A program made the position numbers and the translations under genes. The notes beneath the pieces were generated by a model, which saw nothing but the letters and a program-made list of their open reading frames with translations, searched no databases and had not been told where the DNA came from. Shown in pieces: positions 45,501-48,669 of a stretch of DNA of 48,669 bases. The stretch is from assembly GCA_032718475.1 (NCBI GenBank), contig JAUCBJ010002565.1, positions 1-48,669 of the forward strand, given 5' to 3'. Position 1 is the stretch's first letter. The number at the start of each line of letters is the position of its first letter. The DNA is from Nemertoderma westbladi. Taxonomy: Eukaryota > Animalia > Xenacoelomorpha.

Positions 45501-47209
45501 ACGCAATAGAGATTCTATGGGGAGCAGGGCTGTTCTGGGGAGTGGGGGTGGTATAGGGAGTCCCTCTGTCTCTAAACATATTAAAAAATTGCAAGCTTCT
45601 CCTACCAAAGCAAAAACTCAGAAAGCTAAAACTCTGGCAGACATAAAGGCCCATCTCCAGGAGAGCCGAATACGCAAGGACACAATGGCTCGAAGGCTTA
45701 ACCAACAAGCCGGTGGGTTGAACACACGCATTAGATTTCCGTTTAACCCACAGTCGCAGGTCAAGCAGACTCCGACAGACTCGCCACACTGGCGACCAAA
45801 TTCCAAACGGAGGGACCCGGAAACAGCTACGTATACAACGGGAGTGGATCTTACAACGGTATCACATCGCAGTATCAGTCACAAGGATTTAACGCAAACA
45901 AATGTATATAGGCAGACAGACTCCAAGGAGACCCAGCGTTTCGCATGGACATCGAACACAGGTAACCTTGCATCGGCCCCCACACGGCCCAGCACTCTTC
46001 CCCTCGACCGACACATTAACGGCCGCAGTAATAGCGCCCCTCCTGTCTACCACTCCGCTATCTGTTCCCCTTGTGATTCCACCACTATCACTTGCAGTCC
46101 GTGTTCCGCCATTGATGATCTGTCTACTCTAGCGGAAGGATCGTCTGTGGTCGACGATGCCTGGCACAGTCTGAGAGATTGTGACGATGAGCCTTGGGTT
46201 GAGTGCAACAATTGTGGTGCTTTCTCACACAGACAGTGCACTAGAGAGCTACCTAGTGGGTTATTATGTATCGATTGCGCTACTTAATAATAATAGTTAA
46301 TATTTTGTTTAATATTTTGTTAATTTATATCATATTCATCTGAAAGCTTAGAAAGCGTTCTCATAATTTTCAGAAATATCGGTACCATGTGATACCTTAT
46401 GTAAAACATAAATATCGGCCTACATGATACCATATAAGTTCATGGTCATATTGATAACGTAAAAAGGAATTATAAGCAAGTTCATTGATGCAACCTTGAA
46501 CAAAGGGTCATACATAAAGTTTTATTCGGTAGTTTTGACAGGGATTTCGCACGAAGTCTCACGACTTATCCCCAGAACTATAGGCTACTTCCCCAGAAGG
46601 CCCTTCAGAGAAGCGCCCTGAACGAAATCTACCCTGGCCGCTTGCCCCCGTCCGTGTGCGAATCTATCCCGCGACTTCCAGAGATGTGAATTTGCGCGAA
46701 GTCATCTTATAAACGATCCAAAACAATATCCCCACATTTAACAATTAACCTCAAAGACCCAACGGTTTGCCCAAAAATAATTCCATAATACTAGAAGTAA
46801 TTAAACTGGTCATCATTTTATGGACCCTGGATGGGCTCGAACCTACAACCAATAGATTGCAGGCCTGGCACTCAAACAAGAACTTGTGTAATGATCTCAA
46901 AATGACAATTTCTCCATAATTACAATTCAAATAATATATACTGTATTAGACATAAAAAGATTCTGTAGTGTTTTATATTAGCGTTTGTTTAACAGGACCA
47001 GTAAACCTGACTTCTTGGTCCACTAACCAAAATGTTGATGTTTATTATCATTTGGTATTTCGGAGCGCCGGACGTAAAACTAACCTTCGTAGTCTATCAG
47101 ACCTTTCCATGTTTTCCCGTAGTCTGTGTATGACGTCATCGTTTTCGGCTTGACGTTCGCCGTAATTTCTCAATAAGGAGTCAACACCACGGAGATTCTG
47201 GTTGGTATC
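366..47209 (-). CDS. CEP128: Centrosomal protein of 128 kDa-like coiled-coil protein, multi-exon, partial at both ends (host gene for nested genes)
   Basis: 17 exons read manually with AG/GT ends and matching phases: 47085-47209, 43416-43563, 30841-30960, 29721-29924, 28082-28328, 27434-27533, 26982-27133, 26407-26570, 25901-26166, 19134-19410, 18851-18975, 18340-18421, 17610-17941, 5244-5487, 4701-4873, 4205-4334, 366-514 (3038 nt, open frame). Peptides resemble vertebrate CEP128 as I recall it: [94 protein letters not shown]. Confidence 0.85.
1587..3122 (+). CDS. Nucleolin/Nsr1/Gar2-like nucleolar RNA-binding protein, single exon
   Basis: 511 aa. Lys-rich and long D/E/S acidic N-terminus, one degenerate and two clear RRMs (RNP1-like [16 protein letters not shown]), RGG/GAR tail and C-terminal [10 protein letters not shown] typical of the nucleolin family. 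Confidence 0.85.
   Translation: MVKRQQLHSTPVAKVGGVATASSKKRKLDKDVSVAKTQNKKSKRILQVKQPSPEAETSSEEDEPSSEEEQVLVSKATQKQASKGEIEEDDSDSEESDDIDESSGDEEDVILKQGIEVDNEESSDDDSDDDGNVNGEDVDMAEDSEEKSSDDADDDSEVDQPPVKKTVKSLPSETTEKKPVHIMWKPQRVKSFAKEMRLILESQGINCQKCNPCKEDGFITQFANQAEADKVIATFNDQPVTSYNWTLRVCDLEKEKAAEKAAKQLPVGAARGGGGDRRGNDDTDALQITEIPTSCTEELLHEKFPDCRSLKLFNSDPSRPGMAFVNFNDSSEARKALDGFPDGFEVDGTAVQIRMKTPKRDAGMGGGRGGRGGFSRGSEDTKSLTIFGLSQAVTDDMLYEKFPNCSSVKVFNSDPTRPGMGFIDFGDPSEARKCLDAIPLGFEVDGVRVEVKMKTPKRDDGGRGGGRGGGRGRGGFGRGGRGGFRGGRGGGAPRPKVGIQPFQGSKKSFDF
3551..3790 (+). mobile_element. Putative tRNA-derived SINE remnant
   Basis: A-box-like tggtggttaa and B-box ggttcgatccc; I could not find a full cloverleaf. 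Confidence 0.4.
3837..4050. mobile_element. MITE with poly-G TIR; related partial copies at ~27218-27421, ~28440-28587 and ~47490-47730
   Basis: TIRs agacaggg..aactggaggcaa / ttgcgtccagtttcccccctatct; flanking direct repeat aattgtat at 3829-3836 and 4051-4058. Confidence 0.7.
4205..4334 (-). CDS. CEP128: CEP128 exon ([11 protein letters not shown]...KKLQ)
   Basis: attcag| acceptor, |gtaat donor, phase 2 to 0. Confidence 0.8.
4701..4873 (-). CDS. CEP128: CEP128 exon (ALSPVRG...[20 protein letters not shown]...)
   Basis: taacag| acceptor, |gttag donor, phase 0 to 2. Confidence 0.85.
5244..5487 (-). CDS. CEP128: CEP128 exon ([11 protein letters not shown]...SSFR)
   Basis: ttatag| acceptor, |gtaag donor, phase 2 to 0. 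Confidence 0.8.
6921..8165 (-). CDS. ACAT1: Acetyl-CoA acetyltransferase, mitochondrial (thiolase T2), single exon
   Basis: First ATG at 8165 (414 aa). Arg-rich transit peptide [10 protein letters not shown]; thiolase motifs [19 protein letters not shown] and the T2-type CNGGGG. Confidence 0.93.
   Translation of the reverse strand: MLGLRFRYRFGGCSRRFLHSSGTETTDAFIVDGVRTPIGSFRGSLKSLTGVQLGTAAIRGLLERTGLAADRVGEVYLGNVCQAGQGQAPARQAALGAGLPVTTPCTTINKVCASGLKSVAMAAAGLRCGDQDVMVAGGFESMSNVPLLVARETPAFGGFTARDAILDDGLTDAYRGIHMGLCAEGTADKVGISREEQDDYAVRSYSRAAEAANTGRFARELLPVSAPTGRKGELREVNRDEEVDKVDLVKLRGLRPAFRKEGGTITAGNASTLNDGAAALLLANQRGLDANGLTPLARILGYCDAATEPVDFAVAPVYAVRKVLERCGLAAESVAWWEINEAFSAVVLADVRLLGLDEGRVNLDGGAVSLGHPIGMSGARILAHLVHSLAVGQIGCAAICNGGGGATAMVVERL
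8490..11600. repeat. Direct duplication of a ~1.25 kb unit (copies ~8490-9770 and ~10375-11600)
   Basis: Near-identical sequence with small indels; both copies begin with palindromic AAGTCCAAwwTTGGACTT arrays. Confidence 0.9.
8990..9280 (+). mobile_element. Degenerate RTE-like LINE 3' fragment (duplicated at ~10860-11125)
   Basis: Translates in pieces to [21 protein letters not shown] and DTGL, typical of RTE-clade ORF C-termini; frameshifted. Confidence 0.5.
11615..15753. mobile_element. Non-autonomous foldback-type DNA transposon with ~430-450 bp TIRs
   Basis: 11615-~12060 is the reverse complement of ~15325-15753 (ends agaacataccc / gggtatgttct); TIRs contain repeated ccttaaataag motifs; no transposase ORF. 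Confidence 0.85.
12930..15010. repeat. Complex ~10-bp-unit satellite (RTTGTTGCTC variants) with a ~0.8 kb higher-order duplication
   Basis: Direct reading; distinctive blocks recur about 800-850 bp apart (e.g. tggcccgttg at 13561 and 14364). Confidence 0.9.
16606..16975. mobile_element. Mutator-like (MULE) MITE
   Basis: ~165 bp imperfect TIRs (gggtgacta...tagtcaccc) and a perfect 9-bp TSD aataaaact at 16597-16605 and 16976-16984. Confidence 0.85.
17610..17941 (-). CDS. CEP128: CEP128 exon ([10 protein letters not shown]...KDELE)
   Basis: ttctag| acceptor, |gttag donor, phase 0 to 2. Confidence 0.8.
18340..18421 (-). CDS. CEP128: CEP128 exon ([27 protein letters not shown])
   Basis: ttacag| acceptor, |gtgagt donor, phase 2 to 0. 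Confidence 0.8.
18576..18887. repeat. Three tandem copies of a 102-103 bp unit spanning a CEP128 exon 3' end and splice donor
   Basis: Donor-adjacent positions at 18646, 18749 and 18851. Confidence 0.9.
18851..18975 (-). CDS. CEP128: CEP128 exon ([11 protein letters not shown]...QKEEDA)
   Basis: ttccag| acceptor, |gtaaag donor, phase 0 to 2. Confidence 0.8.
19134..19410 (-). CDS. CEP128: CEP128 exon ([15 protein letters not shown]...NIER)
   Basis: ctgcag| acceptor, |gttagt donor, phase 2 to 0. Confidence 0.8.
19602..19844. mobile_element. MITE-like element with sub-terminal (aatcttcgccc)n / (gggcgaagatt)n inverted arrays
   Basis: Three to four repeats on each side in opposite orientation around the shared core motif. 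Confidence 0.6.
20045..20640 (-). mobile_element. Degenerate RTE-like non-LTR retrotransposon fragment
   Basis: Minus-strand [41 protein letters not shown], then ALNISWSQH and GRPAMTYIDQL; stops and frameshifts. Confidence 0.75.
20917..21154. mobile_element. Internally deleted copy of the 16606-16975 MULE-MITE family
   Basis: Shares the right arm and terminal gggtga; flanks tacctaacat / taccaaacat (10-bp TSD, 1 mismatch). Confidence 0.75.
21542..21969. mobile_element. MITE with TIR ccggtgtaacaggctgagataactccc and internal ctcagcctaggctgag palindromic repeats
   Basis: Terminal inverted repeats visible; contains the shared core motif. Confidence 0.65.
22300..22760 (+). mobile_element. Possible Helentron/DINE-1-like non-autonomous element remnant
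   Basis: ctgtcgttctgtcgttctgtc microsatellite followed by aataactc...aaacttggtacac, resembling DINE/HINE cores; boundaries uncertain. Confidence 0.3.
23379..23670. repeat. Diverged tandem duplication (~135 bp cores, ~160 bp apart) upstream of viperin
   Basis: taaagatcgtc...aaaacaggac...gagtactgc...taaaccacctggctt occurs at ~23380-23514 and ~23541-23669. Confidence 0.8.
23911..24088 (+). promoter_or_regulatory. Candidate IRF/ISRE-like and GAS-like site cluster upstream of viperin
   Basis: TTCCATGAA (23911-23919), GAAAAGTGAAATGTGAAA (23981-23998), GAAATTGAAAATTGAAACT (24070-24088). Confidence 0.5.
24245..25252 (+). CDS. RSAD2: Viperin / radical SAM domain-containing protein 2, single coding exon
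   Basis: First ATG at 24245 (335 aa). [20 protein letters not shown] (CxxxCxxC), [25 protein letters not shown]-terminal KLQW; N-terminal amphipathic-like helix. Confidence 0.96.
   Translation: MNILNTISSLVRKYIKYFVDKIFIHRRKKCKSVKGAQNNSPKGDDDKPISVNYHYTRQCNYTCGFCFHTEKTSFVLPIEEAKRGLRLLKEEGMQKLNFSGGEPFLYQKGEFMGELIIYAKEQLGMESVSVVSNGSLISRRWFATYGKYLDILAISCDSFDEETNVLIGRGKGRHIKQLHKIRRWCEEFKVAFKINTVVNIYNYEENMVKEILELNPVRWKVFQCLLLDTENTGEEAIRNAETFVVAKEQFREFLTRHAECKQLVPEDNEHMLNSYLIVDEFMRFLNCRGNTKVPGKSLLDVGVVTALQDSGFDEIMFKKRGGKYVWTKENMKLQW
25901..26166 (-). CDS. CEP128: CEP128 exon ([12 protein letters not shown]...EAVQ)
   Basis: tttcag| acceptor, |gtgagt donor, phase 0 to 2. Confidence 0.8.
26407..26570 (-). 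CDS. CEP128: CEP128 exon ([14 protein letters not shown]...DQLH)
   Basis: ttctag| acceptor, |gtgagt donor, phase 1 to 0. Confidence 0.8.
26982..27133 (-). CDS. CEP128: CEP128 exon ([22 protein letters not shown]...)
   Basis: tttcag| acceptor, |gttag donor, phase 2 to 1. Confidence 0.8.
27434..27533 (-). CDS. CEP128: CEP128 exon ([15 protein letters not shown]...)
   Basis: ttttag| acceptor, |gttggt donor, phase 1 to 2. Confidence 0.75.
28082..28328 (-). CDS. CEP128: CEP128 exon (Pro/Gln-rich linker [10 protein letters not shown]...TATN)
   Basis: ttttag| acceptor, |gttag donor, phase 0 to 1. Confidence 0.75.
28700..29542. mobile_element. Non-autonomous Mutator-like element with ~210 bp TIRs
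   Basis: 28700-~28913 inverted to ~29320-29542; flanks ctacctcat / ctatctcat (9-bp TSD, 1 mismatch). Confidence 0.85.
29721..29924 (-). CDS. CEP128: CEP128 exon ([16 protein letters not shown]...MESQ)
   Basis: atacag| acceptor, |gttag donor, phase 0 to 0. Confidence 0.85.
30100..30442 (-). mobile_element. Degenerate RTE-like reverse transcriptase fragment
   Basis: Minus-strand LTDLDFADD (RT catalytic motif) and LEHLDDF*YLGS; disrupted. Confidence 0.7.
30841..30960 (-). CDS. CEP128: CEP128 exon ([10 protein letters not shown]...SSYKTD)
   Basis: taacag| acceptor, |gtgagt donor, 120 nt open, phase 0 to 0. Confidence 0.7.
31554..32130. repeat. 23-bp minisatellite (cacaaaagtgtacatttcattya)n, ~25 copies
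   Basis: Direct reading; two single-base variants. Confidence 0.95.
33120..34045. mobile_element. MITE-like element with (ttatcgcccc)n / (ggggcgataa)n inverted arrays and nested inserts
   Basis: Opposite-orientation short repeat arrays at ~33120-33260 and ~33920-34040. Confidence 0.55.
33584..33880. repeat. 63-bp tandem repeat, ~4.5 copies
   Basis: Unit ggaagatcacccatggtggtgaacaggcattcctttaggaaacagagtggaagggtttactgg. Confidence 0.95.
34861..40081 (-). CDS. INF2: Inverted formin-2-like protein, 3 exons (39612-40081, 38534-39002, 34861-38214), ~1430 aa
   Basis: INF2-type N-terminus ([22 protein letters not shown]), DID/FH3, poly-Pro FH1, FH2 (LNWVKL, GNHMN, GFK..SLLKL), WH2/[20 protein letters not shown]; GT-AG junctions in phases 2 and 0. 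Confidence 0.9.
41670..41965 (-). mobile_element. RTE-like LINE 3' remnant related to 20045-20300
   Basis: Shared blocks ctaggtcragcragctcg and atgtcatagccggtcg. Confidence 0.5.
43416..43563 (-). CDS. CEP128: CEP128 exon (SLSLREK...[12 protein letters not shown])
   Basis: ttttcag| acceptor, |gtaag donor, phase 2 to 0; absent from the ORF track. Confidence 0.8.
44446..46287 (+). CDS. ASXL: Additional sex combs-like (ASX/ASXL) polycomb PR-DUB cofactor, single coding exon
   Basis: DEUBAD-like [26 protein letters not shown]...[11 protein letters not shown]-like KTLADIKA and C-terminal PHD-like [12 protein letters not shown]...CIDC; first ATG at 44446 (613 aa). Confidence 0.8.
   Translation: MSNKPRRVYGSREPRDVPGTAQCNASMKHTLNAHAFSKLPYEVRQRLIQLLPSVDRIPLRPVAARTDRPNAYAVAPTAFTNEFYASACSQFEHLLPAASVRSSQLVQPLRIKRRDLVERVAPDPTLSEKPVAPLRRARRRRGRVKQIKTKRISAVPKVTVEEESQEDDVKPIDDKSEVYEVPTSMEVGSDTETSRGSGEVLVSGKGEDKVRVSVERTVRGSGEELVKGSEEENEDTGSEGEAVKGSWEGAGRGGIGEGVVRGPEEEGAVRGREDEASVRIEEGVNGRNEDMVVRGSDEKGAVRVSGGNPAVEAPMDVDNGEAVKFRITDETLLNDEKFMSIALAIGSGKEGVRNRDSMGSRAVLGSGGGIGSPSVSKHIKKLQASPTKAKTQKAKTLADIKAHLQESRIRKDTMARRLNQQAGGLNTRIRFPFNPQSQVKQTPTDSPHWRPNSKRRDPETATYTTGVDLTTVSHRSISHKDLTQTNVYRQTDSKETQRFAWTSNTGNLASAPTRPSTLPLDRHINGRSNSAPPVYHSAICSPCDSTTITCSPCSAIDDLSTLAEGSSVVDDAWHSLRDCDDEPWVECNNCGAFSHRQCTRELPSGLLCIDCAT
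47085..47209 (-). CDS. CEP128: CEP128 exon ([18 protein letters not shown]...DRLR)
   Basis: cttgcag| acceptor, |gttag donor, phase 0 to 2. Confidence 0.85.
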
Positions 47210-48126
47210 CTGCAAGGGGAAAATAAGCACAAATGTGTTGGGAGGATTAGAACTTAAAATAAATTGGTTAATAGAAACATAATTTCGTCATTATTTTTAC
47301 GATTGTTATTGTTAATGTTCAAAAAAGTGAACTATTTACATAAAAGTTTGCACTTTTCAGCGTTATTATCGGAGTTTATTTATGTACTGAACGAGCGAAG
47401 CGAGGGAGGTTAATATAAATTAACGTGATTAAACCCTTTTCATAATAATTATGTAACTTTGTTACATTTTATATCAAATGAGACATAATCAGCTTGACGC
47501 AAATCCAATCTCTGCGAAATAATACCTCATCTCAATGTTAAATTATGGGAAAGGAGCAGGTCACAGTGTCACGTTATTCAACCAAAACAAAAAATTATAG
47601 ACAAAAGTCAATAGAACAGATTAGTTTTAATTTAGAGAGTAATCAACTATTATTGCGTCGATCTTCCCACGGGGTGGGATGAATTCCTTCCCCCCCCCCC
47701 CCCACCCCCCCCCCCACCCCCCCCTACATATATCAAATATCGGCGTTCTGAAGTTATTAACATTAATGCACCATGCCACTGAAACTCGTTCCTTAATTGA
47801 TAATTAACATTGTTAATTAAAGTACCCCAAAAAATACTAAAATGTGAAAATTTGCATTTTAATTATCCAACATATATTTATTTTTATTACGTTTATTTAA
47901 TACAAATTCAAACTATAATAATTAGTAATTAATCTTTTTTAAGCACAATAGGGGAACATACAAAGAGTGGATATAATAAAAGTTAAACTTTAGGGAGTTA
48001 AATAAAGCAGGGCAATGGGGAATAAGTGTAGTTAAAAGGGATAATAATTCTCATCTCAATACTGCATAGGTACTGTTAATTAAACTGCGTTATTCATCAT
48101 GATTAATTATTTTAGCTATTTAAGAA

Positions 48127-48669
48127 TCACTTTTTATTCTTTTTCTCTTTGGCTAATTTCCTCGCCCTGGCGGATTCGGTATCGAACAAGGGTTCCTTTA
48201 CCACCACGGCGTCCTTCAGCTCCCCCATCAGTTCAACCTGAACCACAGAGCCGATATGCCCGATATCCGTCGGGAGATATGCCATGGCGATCCCGCAGCC
48301 CAACTGGTAACTGTAGGCGCCGCTAGTGGTGTTACCCACCAGACGCAACCCATCCAACCAGACGGACTCGTTCCCTTCCGGTTCCGGGCCAGCCTCTCCG
48401 CTGTCAACCTTCAACATAAACAACTTCGACTCCAACCCCTGCTGCTTTATATGCCTGAGGGATTCTTTACCAACAAAATCAGTCGGTTTATTCGGCTTTA
48501 TGAAGAAATCTAAACCGGCCTGGTAGGGATTTTTATCTAAATTCATTTCCAGTCCCCAAACCCGGAAGCCTTTCTCTAACCGCAACACGTTGATGGCGTA
48601 CTGCCCGAAGTCGGCTATTCCGAACTCGCTTCCGGCCTCCAGTATCGCCGCGTACAAGGGCCCCATACT
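48127..48669 (-). CDS. DMGDH: Dimethylglycine dehydrogenase, C-terminal part (5' truncated by the window)
   Basis: RLEKGFRVWGLEMN..NP..AGL, PEGNESVW, GNTTSGAYSY: GcvT-like C-terminal domain of DMGDH. Confidence 0.88.
   Translation of the reverse strand, partial: SMGPLYAAILEAGSEFGIADFGQYAINVLRLEKGFRVWGLEMNLDKNPYQAGLDFFIKPNKPTDFVGKESLRHIKQQGLESKLFMLKVDSGEAGPEPEGNESVWLDGLRLVGNTTSGAYSYQLGCGIAMAYLPTDIGHIGSVVQVELMGELKDAVVVKEPLFDTESARARKLAKEKKNKK

Overview
AT-rich eukaryotic (animal) genomic DNA with GT-AG introns. The compact, intron-poor, nested-gene layout resembles early-branching metazoans such as glass sponges, but the taxon is only an inference. A minus-strand, multi-exon coiled-coil gene, recognisable as centrosomal CEP128, runs through almost the whole window. 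I traced 17 exons by hand from 47209 down to 366; all splice phases are compatible, giving about 1012 codons, and both ends lie outside the traced part. Five apparently intact genes sit inside five different CEP128 introns: a nucleolin-like RRM/RGG gene (+), mitochondrial acetyl-CoA acetyltransferase ACAT1 (-), antiviral viperin RSAD2 (+), inverted formin INF2 (-, 3 exons) and an ASXL-like gene (+). The 3' end of DMGDH at the right edge may be a sixth. Viperin is preceded by clustered IRF/ISRE-like and GAS-like motifs. The introns also carry Mutator-like MITEs with 8-10 bp TSDs, a 4.1 kb foldback-type element filled with a ~10-bp-period satellite, RTE-like LINE remnants and several minisatellites, two of which amplify CEP128 splice donors. 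A ~45-bp motif is shared by about 13 otherwise different repeats.
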